Part shown: positions 12,160 through 25,791 of the stretch, piece by piece
Numbering within the stretch: position 1 is the stretch's first letter
Layout of the letters: every line of letters starts with the position of its first letter
Assembly: GCA_964304625.1 (NCBI GenBank)
Contig: OZ199838.1
Location: 13,537,945 to 13,601,944 of the forward strand
DNA from: Kudoa neothunni
Lineage: Eukaryota > Animalia > Cnidaria
DNA length: 64,000 nt
Reading direction: 5' to 3'
The notes under the pieces: generated by a model
Database searches by the model: none
Told to the model about the DNA's origin: nothing
Seen by the model: only the letters and a program-made list of their open reading frames with translations
Position numbers and translations under genes: made by a program

Positions 12160-13160
12160 CATTTACTTTTTCTTCTCTTATATATAATTATCAGAGTTAA
12201 AGCTATTTCTGTAAATTAGGAAAGTTTATTTTATGCAATTAAAATTAAAAATTAAAGAAAAAAGTAATTTATCCCAGATTTTTTTATAAAAATAGGAATT
12301 ATCGATTTTACGGAACTTTTCAGTTCCAACCCAAATTTTCAAAATCCTTTTTTTAAAATAATTACATCCATGATAACATTGTAAATAATTTAGACATAAA
12401 TAAAGGTTTATTATTTTCTCATTTAAAAACAAACTGCGAATAACAACCGAAAAATCTTTTAAATCTTTGGCAATTTTGATCTCGTACCTATTTCTGCTTT
12501 GAGAACTGATGAAACAATGATGCCGAATTAATTTCCTCATGTAAAATAAGTTTTGATTAATTCAAAAGAACCATTCTGGAAATTGGGTCAATAATAATTT
12601 TTATGATATAGTTTATAATCGATTAAAGGCATTAGAGTCAAGAAACCCGGTTTATTTTAGATAATTAAATATGTAAAAAATTAATCAAGGAGTTAAATTA
12701 AAAAAATTATTACTTATAGGAGCTTTTATGATTATGGATCGCGCCTTAATTTAAAAAAGGTCAATTTTCTTGGGTGGCCATTTATGCACTCATAACTGTT
12801 ATCATAACTAATAGAGCAAATTGAGTGTCATTGCTGCAAAACCTTCTACCGATCTTTTATGTACAATTCATACAAGACTACATTATTCAATCAACAAAAC
12901 AGTGCCAAATAGTTTTAATATGTATAAATTTTTCAAGATAAAATTTGATTTACGTCTGGAATCCAATTCAAATCTAGAAAAGACATCTAAAATGATTTAT
13001 GAACTAATTTTATACGTCAACTTTTGGTAGTTGTTCAGATCGTTCTTTGATTTGTCATCGCAAGAATTAACGAGTTTTTAATGGCAGTAAAAATTTACCC
13101 ATTTAATATGAGTAAGGTAAAAAAGCAGGAATGATGATGAAACATTTAAAATATACCTAA
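12160..13160 (-). repeat. Unclassified ~1-kb dispersed repeat, copy A (inverted homolog of 28290-29280)
   Basis: Collinear reverse-complement similarity, e.g. GGTCAATTTTCTTGGGTGGCCATTTATGCA here versus TGCATAAATGGCCACCCAAGAAAATTGACC at about 28665. Confidence 0.75.
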
Positions 13161-13826
13161 TTTGTTAAAATAATAATTTCAAAAATATTGCTAACAATTT
13201 GTATGTACGTCTCTGTATCTCAACTTTTAACAAAGAAACTAAATTATATAACGTCATTCTTGTATTTTTCTAAAAATTCGTCAAATCAACCATTACCTTT
13301 CAATAAACTAATAATCTATTTTTCAAAGTCCAACTACGAAAGTATTTCGGTCAAAAACCAAATTATTGAAAATGATTGTGACCTAAATGCATAGCCACTA
13401 GATTTTCTTAAATTAATGTTAAAAATATAAAAATATTTCGAAATAATATAATAAAGTCCACAATTATTAACTTTTCGAAATAAAATATTTTTAATTGTTT
13501 GCGTACCCATAAAAAGGTATGTAAAATCGATTACCTACTTTATTTGACATTGCATATTATATGTACATATTGACGTTTATTCCCATCAAAATCATATTAT
13601 CAAGCGATAAAAATCATCACAAAAAATAGTGATCTGTTGAAAATTTAATTCAAGAGTCATTAACACGCACATTAAAAATAGAAGACAATATCATTGTTGC
13701 ATGTGCATTCTAGTGCGTGGTTCTCAATATGAGCCAATCAGAGTTTAATTCAACAATTTATAATTGTAAATTGAAACTAATTTTTCGTTTGATCATATTT
13801 TAAAATCGTGAAAATTCAATTGTTAA

Positions 13827-15882
13827 CCCTCTAAACTAAGTCACATGAGAATTTACACCTTCCGAGTAAAATTGAGGTGTAAATACACCCCAGGTTTTTT
13901 TTCAACCAAATCATTTTATAATAATAGCTAACTATTTTTGTGTAATTAGAAAACGTTGTTAAGCATTAGGTGCGCATGCATGGGTATACTTGGGTGTTAT
14001 GGCGCTCAGAAAAATTTACATGAATCAATTAATGCTCAACCTTATACGCATAACAAAATTGGCTAATTCTTTAGAAATATAAATACTCATAGAAATAAAC
14101 AAATACATGTATTATTTATTACAACAGTTAAGACAAATACATTCCGAATGTTTTATTCAACAAAGATTAGCTCAAATTCCACACTTTAAAGAAGTTTTCT
14201 TGTCATTTTTTCTCACACACAATCGATATCTGCCTTGAAGTGTCGTTTCCCGTTCTGCGGTAGGTCTAATGTAGGGTTGAATACTTGCACTTTTTCTTGA
14301 TAACAGTGAACGTACTAATGGCTCATCCATCATTTTCTAGAAATCTCTTTTTCTAATATTTACAGAAGAAAAGAGTTCGTTGAATATGCGAAAAGCATTT
14401 ATCAAGCTAATATCAACCATATTGAACAACACAACTAGTGGCCAACGACGATTGATTCTTCTGACACTAATTGAAGCCAATAACCTAATAACCTTGTGAT
14501 GGTATCAACTCCCCCTTTTTATCGAATTATACCGCAATACAATGTCGGGCTTAAATGGCGCTTTAGTTGCAGTGTGTGTGTTACTTGAAGATGAACAAAG
14601 CATACAGAAAGGCTTGTTCTTCCTCAGTAAATACCTTAATATCATCTTTTTGTTATTAAATACGAAAAGAGATGGATATAATGGGGTGTCTTTTGAGTTC
14701 GTAGATAGAATGGAATATCACGTTTGTTTGCACGCATGACTCCAATACTTGTAAGTTTTCTACTTAACAATTCATAAGCTAACTCAACTGAAGTGACAAA
14801 GTTGTCACAAACAATGTTCCGCCCAGAGTTAATGAATGGTTTGCTCCGTAAGTCGCAAAACAATGTTTTTTCCAACATTCACAGTTCTTGTGTCATTCTA
14901 AGACCTCTCACCCAAGTAGATGGACAGATTGCAAACATATGTTAGTCTAGGATCAACCAATACAAAAAACTTAATCCCATATTTGGCAGGTTTCATCGGC
15001 ATATACTGCTTGAATTTGCAGCGACCTCTGAATGCAACAAGTTGTTCGTCGACGCAAAAACTTTCATATGGGCGAAAGCTACAATTAAATAAATCAACCC
15101 AAATGTTCCAAAGGGCCCCGATATGGCAAAATTTGTCATTAATTTTTCTGAAGTCTTTGGTTTCGGAGTCATCAAAGTGAAGTGCCCGTACAATTTACCG
15201 AAATCTCATTAATGACAAGAGATCGCGATATATTTTTCGTCCCTCTTCAGATCCAAATAATTCCTTAACAGGTTCATGGTTGTCTCTATAATGCCCATTA
15301 AAATTAAGCATCCGATGACGTCATCAAGTTCGGTTTCGTCTAATTTTGTCCAAGCATGATTAAATAACACCTTAAAAGTATCAACAGCTTCGGTAGCATC
15401 TGGAGATATGTAGGGAGAAGCGCTTGGACGATTATTTATAATATTTTCAGCTGTACATAGCGCTCCATTTTTATCAACAAATGAGTCTAATAGTACATTA
15501 GTGTGTAATCTTCATTATCAGAAGAATCAATATCAGAATGAGATTAACTACCACTGTAATCACAAGAACTCATTACTTTTCGCGCTTGTGCATTCAGTAA
15601 ACTGAACAAGTTATTGTCAATTTAAGGGTTATTTAATAATTCGAACTATCTAAAAAGTTCCAAATATATTTGATAAAATATTTTAAGCAATTTTACTTGG
15701 AAGCTGTTTTAGCGTTAATTTAAATAACAATAAAAAAATTAAAATGTTGTCTTCGCTCTTTATGTATTATGTATGTTTAAAAGTTTGGCAGAAACATGGA
15801 TTGTATCTATCCCGTTTGTAATGGGAAAAATTGTCATCAACAATCTCCTGGGGTGGAAATACACCCCACTCTACTCGGAGAG
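13827..15882 (-). mobile_element. piggyBac transposon relic with decayed transposase
   Basis: TTAA|CCCT at 13823 and GAGAG|TTAA at 15883. Subterminal inverted TCCGAGTA...GGTGTAAATACACCCCAGG. Minus-strand motifs VDEQLVAFRGRCKFKQYMPMKPAKYGIK, GRNIVCDNFVTS, GGVD and RRWPLVVLFNMVDISLINAF, broken by stops and frameshifts. Confidence 0.92.
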
Positions 15883-15904
15883 TTAACGAAGTCGGAATGA
15901 TTAA

Positions 15905-17373
15905 CACTCGTACTGAGTTGATAAATTTTACCTTTAAATTTTAAATGGGTTTGGAGTCATTTCTGACCCCAGGATAAAAATAGTACTTTCACTAATAAAT
16001 TACTCCATCAAGAGTGGAAATTACGATAAAATTTTTAAAATATAATATCTAATTATAATTTTTTATACAATTTTCATATAATGTTGATATATGGGGATTA
16101 GAAATAGGTTTCATACGATTTTAGTAACAAGCTGAACGTTTGCTAATACGATCTCTTGGATGAATGGAACATATTCTCCTTTAATTTAAATCTCTTTCTC
16201 GCGAAATTTGACTCTGGTTAACTATGTTATCAATGCCATATTCAATTAAAATTTCTTCGAAGATATTAACGTAATATTGTCTTCTTGTTCAGTGTGGGTA
16301 ATAATATTTCTGCCCAGGTCGGATTTTTATAACGAAAATAAATTTGGTCACAGGTCTGAAAAATAATCATTATAAAAGAATTTAATATTGAAATAAGCTG
16401 AACTGCATTTTAAACAAAATTTAATAGAAGAATAATTTGACTTTTTGAGTACTGCAGAGATATGGTGGCGAATAAAGCAAACAGCTTCTTGCCAGTATAT
16501 ACAAAAAAATACGTTCCAACCAAATCTGTGTTAAAAACAAGGCACTCCCTGCGGTTAAAATTAAACGTCTTGCGAATGAATTACATGTGTAATCGATTTA
16601 CCAATTATTTTTGTAAGTATAATAGAAAGCGACAAAAAATATTCATAACTTGTTTTGTCACAAACGAATTAAAGAATTGAATGGCTTATTTTTAATGATT
16701 CTATGTGTAGATTATTTAATTAGATAGTTTGTAGTGACATAATTTCCCTGCTTGAAGGAAGGCTAATCTTTTTATCATAAGCGTCATTCCAAAAAATACA
16801 AGTCAGAAAGTTTCTTTTACGATTTTTTGGATTGCATAGCTTGCGCGAAGCCGCATATTTCTGTTAATTCATATTTCAATCCTTCAAGCAGTCTCAATAT
16901 TGCTGGCTAAATTTGATACTTATTCGTTTTTCTAATTGTAAATTTAATGCAAACAGTTATCAAACTTGGGTGTAAAAACATATGGCAGCTTTATGTTAAC
17001 GGATGAATTAATATTAGTCTGACTTTTAAAATATCTTGGAGAGGAACTAGAACCCTATTCTATCAAAAACTGGTAACTTCTATAGCAGGGGTTCCCAACT
17101 GGGGGTGCGAGTTCAGTTTTAGTTGGGGAGCGCGGTTCTATAGTAAACTTGTTATTGTTCCTCGATGGCAGAGTGAAACATCATGCGCAGGACCAGACTC
17201 CAGGGCCATATTTTGCACATCCCTGCTCTTCTAGAAAACCTTAGAAGGGTCTGAAACGTTAGAAAGATTTTTATATAAAAGATGATATTTAAACATATTT
17301 ACGTCGAATCGTTAATGCATTAATATAATTATTTATTTTGGGGTCAAAATAAATCCTAAACTCAGCATGAGTG
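15905..17373. mobile_element. Second TTAA-flanked piggyBac-like element (non-autonomous, decayed)
   Basis: TTAA|CACTCGTACTGAGTT ... AACTCAGCATGAGTG|TTAA (15-bp TIR, 2 mismatches) with subterminal GGGTCA..GACCCC-like motifs. Confidence 0.8.
17086..17225. mobile_element. hAT-like MITE fragment nested in the piggyBac-like element
   Basis: CAGGGGTTCCCAA ... TTGCACATCCCTG termini; no clear TSD. Confidence 0.45.
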
Positions 17374-17743
17374 TTAACTGTGTGCAACAAGCATTATTTT
17401 TGGAGTTACACATTACATCTTAATAATATGAAATATCTTAGTAGACATTCTCATCCGTTACAATAGCCGATCTGCACATGGGGACTAAACGGAAAAGTTA
17501 CAATATCCGCGTTAATAATCATTGCCGGAAAAAGCTGAAGCCCCAGAGCGTATTAAAAAACACGCCACCGCACGAAACTCCCTGATGGCCTCGAGACCAA
17601 AATTTACTTAGAAATAACTAAGTTATCCAAAATCTGATCATGTTAAATTGTACAATTCATATGAACGACCAAGATAATTAATCAAAACGCCAGATACAAA
17701 CACACATGCCCAATGTATGAATAACTATAATCTATGAGTGTTT

Positions 17744-18734
17744 TTATGCACGCATGCCAGCTTTAGACATAAGATAGTTCTGAATACGTTTAGCCCGATC
17801 TTCAGCATTGGTCAAACGGATACCCCTGGCACGAGGAATGGTCACCAATGGTTTGGATCCACTACCAATCACAAACACATTCGGGCATCTAGTGGCAAAG
17901 GCATGACCGGTGGAATCTTTCAAATGGACAATTTCGAACGATCCCGGGTGTTTTTCTCTGTGAGTGATTAGACCAATACGACCAGTATTGTGTCCTCCGG
18001 TCACCATCGCAATATTTCCAGAGTCAAACTTGATGAAATCCTTCACTTTTCCGCTGGTCAAATCGAAAACGACCGAATCATTGGGTTTGATATCAGGGTG
18101 GGGATAACGGACGGTACGACCATCGTGAGTGGTGATGTATGGAATATTACCAGGACCAACAGCAACTCTCTTTACACGGCATAATTTGTACTACAACAAT
18201 CATCATTAAACGTTATAGGGGAAGCAATTCACTTCAGACTCTTCCTTAGAAATACGATGAACAGTGAAACGACCACGGCTATCGTAGAGAAGACGGAAAA
18301 ACTCATTTGTTTTTTCAATGGATATAACATCTGATTCCAAATTAGTTACACTATTCAAACTCTAATAAAAATACCCATAAAACCAGCTGGATAACAACTA
18401 TCGGTTCTAATTTTCCCGTCAACTTTGATCACTCTTTGGTGAACAATCCTTTTAACCTCATCATATGTGAGAGCGTACTTGAGACGGTTTCTCAAAAAAA
18501 TGATAAGTGGGAGGCACTCTGATTGTTTGTGGGGACCCTGGGATGGTTTAGGGGCCTAAAAAATCAGTTATTAACTCAAAATCACGATCCTCTCAACACA
18601 TACAAAAACTCCGGAGAGTTTATCCAACATCCAGTGCTTTGGAGCATTCAACCTCTTAAGATGCTTCTTTGGTCCTGCAGGCTATCATTAAATACACATG
18701 AGTACATGTAAAGACAGTAAAGAACGCTCACCAT
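17744..18734 (-). CDS. RPS4: 40S ribosomal protein S4 (eS4), 5 exons
   Basis: ATG-only first exon, then [26 protein letters not shown]|[17 protein letters not shown]...YPAGFM|[13 protein letters not shown]...[12 protein letters not shown]...GGHNTGRIG...HPGSFEIVH. Confidence 0.97.
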
Positions 18735-18967
18735 TTCCAGTAGCTGACACGAGGAGCTCCCGAAGTGATTCGATTGTACATCGTGCAAGCTGATCGTACG
18801 AGTATTTCGTTAGTGGGTTGTTCCAATAAATCATTTTTGAATATTTAATTATATAATTATATAGGTTTTGTTTAACAAAAATATTGGTTCAAACAAATTA
18901 CGAGAATAGGTTGTCAACGTGTTTTGGCTTAAAATCCGACTTCAAACGACACAGGTTGACTCCATGT

Positions 18968-20254
18968 CAGTGTTGCTAACCCGAACCGGACATCCGGCGA
19001 AATTGGACAAATCAGAATTTTTTGTAAAAACGGAACTAATATTTAATTATATGTATAAATATTACGTTAATTTCTAATTAACTCGGAAGCTTCGAGTTTA
19101 TTACATCATTTGGTCAATGTGTTGAAAAATTTCCTCACTATAACAAAATTATCTAATGTAAAGCACAACATTCTATTTCTTCTGATGTTTTCGATAACTC
19201 CAGAAGACGAAATGCTCTTTCTGGAGGAGCGTTAATCAGAGCTAGAGTAAGTAAAGATGTGCTGTATTTTCCAATAAAATTAAAATTTATTTGCCGATAA
19301 ACAATGGCCATAAAGGCGATTGTTAATAATTTAATCAAACAAACTTTGTTTTTGAGCCCATTCAAGTCCTTTAATTTCAAACAATTGTATTACGGTCTTT
19401 CGTTTGATTTTTGAATAACACATAACAACTGTACCTAGATGAGGTTTTATTTTTATGTTCGACCATTCATCCATTAAAATTAAGAAAAACTAGTCAATTT
19501 GATAATATTTGGTTAATTTTTAATTTGTTTAGGTAATAGCTAAAATTAGGATTTTTTGACAATTGATATCAAACAGTTGTAATAATAACTTAGCATTGGA
19601 TATCACTAACATTAGAGTCTTTTGTGTTTAAATTCAAGCATTCAGAATTTAAACACAAAAATCTCTTCGTAATAATTCTAAAATGATTCATGACCATGAT
19701 AAAACTGTGTCTTGTCGCCAATAATGGTAAAATTTCCTGTTAAGTATTTGCTTATGTACTCATAAACTTCGCGAAAGTTTGAACACTTCCGCTAATTTGA
19801 ACGCGGTCCATTTTTAATCTCTGTTTTTCTCTGCACTGCCTGCTTACAAAATACATAACACTTCCACAATGTTGGTCTTAACAGGAGCGTAACGTTTAAA
19901 AACGTGTTCATTTTGTTTAATTTTTGGCATGCTTTTTAAGCTCAGTTTTTGTGTTACGTGGGCTTTAGGAATTATTAAAATTTATAATTGTATCTTGCGG
20001 TGGGTGAATTTCTATTGCAGACATTTTAATTTGAAACAGAACATTGTTCCGAGTATAAAATTACCTACTCGAAGATTTCTCATAATGAAATCAGAAACTA
20101 TTAAAAATTCCATTTTTTGTGAATTTGCAATAACTCCTTATCTTTGAAACATTTTTCTGCGATTGTTCAGTCTTTTGAATAACAAGAGTAAAAATCGGAC
20201 AAAAAAAAGGACGAATAGGTCACGGAAAAAAATCGAAGACGGTTGGCTACGCTG
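18968..20254 (-). mobile_element. hAT element (internally deleted), 8-bp TSD CTCCATGT
   Basis: CTCCATGT|CAGTGTTGCTAACC ... CGGTTGGCTACGCTG|CTCCATGT. The minus strand retains a hATC dimerization-like motif (LINAPPERAFRLL). Confidence 0.9.
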
Positions 20255-21117
20255 CTCCATGTGGAGTTTAGTTATGGCTAGTGCGCGGTTGCCTCTCTTA
20301 ATTAAATTATAATAATTTGTTTGTAAATATTTTCACATATAAAGGGTTAAAAATAGCTTTGTCGATTTTTTAGTTCGAGTTTGGGACTGTCTGTAATTTT
20401 TCATTTTTCAAGTCGTAATGGCTTAACGATACTAGATTAATACACGAAAAATTAAATTTCTTCATGGTATGCATTGTTAAATGTTAGCGGTTTTGTGTCA
20501 ACATATCTCCAATTCTTTATCCTTGTTTTTAAATGATATCTAATACAAAATGGTTTGTTAAAATTGTAAAGTCCTTATTGATTTCATGTGAGATAAATGA
20601 ACAAGTTTAAATAGTTCAGCATGAGAAACATTATATGATAATGTTTCTAAATAGACGCAAGATATTATTACAATTAAATTAGTCGGCAGTAAATTTTATG
20701 AACCATTAATTCTGATAAGAATAATTTTAAGTAGAATATGAAAGTAGTATTCTCGATAATAAATTAGAAAATAGGACCGCCATTGTATATATACAGCTAA
20801 TTAAGAAAGGAAATTATAAGATAGCCACGGTGAATTGCTATAAGATACCTTACAAACATATTCCGTTATCCGATATGAATTAGTGTTATGTACTGTAAGT
20901 GCCGATTATGTGGAAAATTTTATGAAACAAGTTATGAGCACAAATTTTGAACGCTTAAATGATAAAATGACTTTGATGCTAAGATAATTGATGATTAATA
21001 TTAACTACCAGCGCGAAATCCATGTTCACTAAATAAATGGTGATTTTTTATTAAGTATCTGTTTGGAGAATAGATCATTCTTTTAACAAACGAATTTCTT
21101 AAATATTCGATGATTAA

Positions 21118-22231
21118 CACTATAAGTCACATGAAAATCTACACTTTCCGAGTAAAATTGGGGTATAAATACACTCCCGGTTTTTATTCAACCAAATCAT
21201 TTTATAATAATAGCTAACTATTCTTGTGTAATTTTTAAATAATTAACGAGAAAACATTGTTAAACCTTAATAGCGCGTACGTGGGTATGCATGAATCAAT
21301 TAATGCTCAACCTTATACGCATAACAAAATTGGCTAATTCTTTAGAAATATAAATACTCATAGAAATAAACAAATACATGTATTATTTATTACAACAGTT
21401 AAGACAAATACATTCCGAATGTTTTATTCAACAAAGATTAGCTCAAATTCCACACTTTAAAGAAGTTTTCTTGTCATTTTTTCTCACACACAATCGATAT
21501 CTGCCTTGAAGTGTCGTTTCCCGTTCTGCGGTAGGTCTAATGTAGGGTTGAATACTTGCACTTTTTCTTGATAACAGTGAACGTACTAATGGCTCATCCA
21601 TCATTTTCTAGAAATCTCTTTTTCTAATATTTACAGAAGAAAAGAGTTCGTTGAATATGCGAAAAGCATTTATCAAGCTAATATCAACCATATTGAACAA
21701 CACAACTAGTGGCCAACGACGATTGATTCTTCTGACACTAATTGAAGCCAATAACCTAATAACCTTGTGATGGTATCAACTCCCCCTTTTATCGAATTAT
21801 ACTGCAATACAATGTCGGCCTTAAATGGCGCTTCAGTTGCAGTGTGTATGTTCTTGAAGATTAACAAAGCATATAGACAGGCTTGTTATTCCTCGGTAAA
21901 TACCTTAGTATCATCTCTTTGTTATTAAATACAAAAAGAGATGAATATAAAGGGGTGTCTTTTTAAGGTCGTAGATAGAATGGAATATCACGTTTGTTTG
22001 CACGCATGACTCCAATATTTGTAAGTTTTCTACTTAACAATTCATAAGCTAACTCAACTGAAGTGACAAAGTTGTCACAAACAATGTTCCGCCCAGAGTT
22101 AATGAATGGTTTGTTCCGTAAATTGCAAAACAGTGTTTTTCCAACAATAACAGTTCTTGTAACATTCCGAGACCGCTTACCCAAATAGACGAAAAAATTC
22201 CAAACTTATGTTGATCTAGGATCAACCAAAT
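21118..22231 (-). mobile_element. Truncated copy of the 13827-15882 piggyBac, same orientation
   Basis: TTAA|CACTATAAGTCACATG end. Collinear with about 13827-14960, including GRNIVCDNFVTSVELAYELL. Confidence 0.9.
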
Positions 22232-25200
22232 GTAATATTCATATCAAAGTTATAATAGCAACGTTTAGAAAATTTACGATTTTTACTAATTTTTTGTAAG
22301 AAACAATTATTTTTATAATGTTAAATTATTTCAATTCATAATTTTTTTAATTAAATATGTTATGCAAAGTCAAAAATGTGTTTAAAACACACTGATAGAA
22401 ACTTATGTGCAATTCTAAATATTTCAAAATTATTCTTTGACAACTTTTTTTTAATTAAAAATCATATTTTATTACTTTATTAGATTTTGATGTCATAATA
22501 AAATGTCTTTTTGATTAAATGTTTTATTAATTAAATTTATATCTATATTAATTTTCTTTTTGTCAAATAAACTATTTAAAAAATTTATTTCGTTGATTAT
22601 AAATAATATGGCTAGAATATAATGATAGAAAAAAATATAACTAGGGTGTGCAGATTATATTTTCATGAAATGACTACAAACACACTATTTTGTATAATAA
22701 AAGTCTTTAATTTCATATGAATTGATAATATTATTTAATAAAATTCTTTCTGTGTGAGAATTCGGGGCGAATAATGCTTTCAATGTCCAGCGTTGGGTTT
22801 TAAATCGGCGATTGAACTGACGTGTTTGAAAATACCTTCATGTTTTAATAGCTAATTTTAATATGAATTGAACTTTTTAAACATGATCGTTCCACTTAAA
22901 TAGTTTGTGAATAGTTTTATTTAAGTATTAAATAATAAAAAATAGAAAAACACACGAGGTCAAACCGGTGCGGTGTGTCATGAAATTAAACGAATTCAAG
23001 AAATACATGAATAGTTACGTGTATAAAATTTAATGGATAGAAAAATTAACTCTCAACTGTGCCAAATTATCAAGTTAAAACATTTTTTGCCAGCGCTAAA
23101 AACAAGCGAACGAAAGAGTGGTTATTGCCAGATCGGAGCACGTGTTGATTATTTCAAGTCTCGTTGCGAGTTAAGTTTTTGTCGGTTTCCATTTTGAAAT
23201 ATGCTATATTACCCATAAAACAACAATATGCGACTTAATTCAATATAATATATGTATATATATTATATCAATATAACTAGATTCCAAAAGTTAAAATAAC
23301 ATTTTCTATCTTGAGGGTACCTACACGGCATGGTTCAGAGTTTTCCTGCACCGTCCAAATTAGTCATTACCCCAGGTTGGGAAACACTGCGCTAAACTTA
23401 TCTCATGTTACATCCTGTTTTTAGGATGCTTTTAACATCAGTTCCACCTTTCTTCATTACATTGGATTTTAACATCAAAATATATAATTAAATTAACGAC
23501 ATTTAAATATCTTTTAATTTTTTTTATGCTTAAAAAATAAACTAATACTTAAAAAAATTTATATGTAAAATTTTTAAGAAAATGAAACATATGATGTATA
23601 TTGTAATTTTAATGGCTTATCTTGCAGCAAAATTCTACCGACAGGCCTCCTTTTAAATTTCTACTGGTCTGCCAAAATGAAATTAACAGTTAATTTGAAT
23701 ATAGAGCGCTGTAAATTCATTTTAGAGGAATATTACCTTAAACGATTAAATATAATACTATTATTGTATGTCTATAATACACCTTGGGAAATTAAAATCC
23801 GCGGATTATTGAATTTTAGATAGAATAACGAGAATTTACTTCTTTTAAACAGAACAAAAATATCTTTTAACTTCAACAATTATTTAATTATTGGGATAGA
23901 ATCATTTATTGAAAAAAATATACACGGACTTGCGTACTTGTGAACATGCACATTAGCAGAAAAATAGTTTATTTTAAAGCCAACTACAATTTCTTCACAA
24001 TTTAATGACGGTGAATTCAACCTAGCATTACTTATACCTTTTGGAAAACTTATGTCACACATTCTCGCCTAACCCTCGTATTTTCTGTCAAAGCTAGTGA
24101 CAAACTCATGCTACATATGATATGTAACATATCTCACGTGGTATACTCACGAAACTCCCTTTTTCCTTTTAGTTACATATTCTTCTCGGTATTTCCACTC
24201 CAGTTCCTTTTTCTGTCTACTTATTAAAATATTATCTCACTTAATAAACAATTTTTTGCGAAATTTTAAAATGATTGCTAATTTTTTAAACTTATAATTA
24301 AAACAGTACTATTCAGTTTAACTTTGTAGACTATAAGCATGTGATTATAGGCCCATTTCATTCGATTTTACACATGAAATCGAATTATTTATATTCGTTT
24401 TAACATTATATTCCCCCCTCTTGTATAATACTGTGACAATCAATGTACAAGGGACGATCTATAAGAAGTCGTTATGAAGATAGAAGAGTTTATTGCTATC
24501 CGTACAAAAATGAAAAACTAAGTAAAATAAATTTTCCAGATATAAAAACGCTAAATTAGTTGCTTATCCTAATGTAAACGTAAATCAATCACATAATATT
24601 CTTGTTCCATCGAATACTAGAGCATTTAAAAGAGCGTTAGGTCCCAAAATATATTAGAGTAACTGTGACATCAAATTATGAATATAATTACACATAACAC
24701 ATTTTGTTTACATTATTTGGATTGTATCAAAAAAGTATTTAATACAGATCAACCTACAGTAGTTGCTAGTCATCAATGAACTCTTCGACTACGTGGATTG
24801 AACTCTGATTAAGAAATATCGCTATGTTAATATTTGAAAAATTCTAACTTGCAGTTAGATTTAAATACAGGGACAAAATAAATTGTATACAGGGATATTA
24901 AATTTCGCATGGGACGTTGGTAACGAGTGTTAATACCTAAATAAGAATTATGTGATGTATAATCTTAGGCGTGCCGTTTCGTGGGAATTCACATTATTAA
25001 TTAATTGCGTTAATCTTAATGGAATCTTTGGAAACCAACCGCGGGATTATACTAACAACAGTACTGTTCATTGATATATTTAACATTTTCGAATTTGCGA
25101 CAAACTTATTTAATAGGGTTGGTTCCCATACTAATTTTCCGCCGACTTCATTAAAATTTTTTCAAATTTATTTCTTAATGTTATTTAAGCAATATCTATG

Positions 25201-25670
25201 CTGATCAAATGATTATATCGTAAAGTATTTCCAAAAAAGGAAATTAGTTTAAAATATTTTTATTCTACATAACTAAAATGAATATGGGAATCTTAATTTA
25301 ATTGTTTCTCGAATTCTCGCCAAATATTCTTTTAAATAAAGTGAAAACTATTAATAAAAACTTAATTTTCTCTCAAAATTATTAACCACCATGATTTACT
25401 ATTGCGATTAAGAAGATAAAAATGATAACAAGATAGAAATTGATTTCTTGCATTTAGACCTAAATTTTAGTCCCTCAATAGAATTAAACATTACAAAATC
25501 TACCTCAATAATTATCGAAAAAGAAATCTACCATATTTAGATACGAATGTCCCAAGGTAATAATATAGAGTAAAGTACTCATATGATATGAATTAGTGCA
25601 AATGGATTAAATTGAGGGACATTATTTATGGATGCCCATTTAATATTGCTAAAAATGAATATCGTTTTGG

Positions 25671-25720
25671 GTTGATTGGACGCAAGCAAGATATTAGGAG
25701 TTTAGTGAATGGGCGGGGAT
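25671..25720 (+). promoter_or_regulatory. Putative RRM2 proximal promoter: inverted CCAAT box plus GC/E2F-like box
   Basis: GATTGG at about 25674 and GGGCGGGGA at 25711, 70-120 bp upstream of the ATG, in an AT-rich background. Confidence 0.35.
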
Positions 25721-25791
25721 CCGCTGCGTAATCCGAATTTGCGTTAGCTGTAAACCCATGTGGTTTAGCGGGACGATTGCAATCGACTAAA

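Noticed and set aside
23780-24930. Possible LTR integrase or helicase relics
   Set aside because: No diagnostic motif could be read with confidence.
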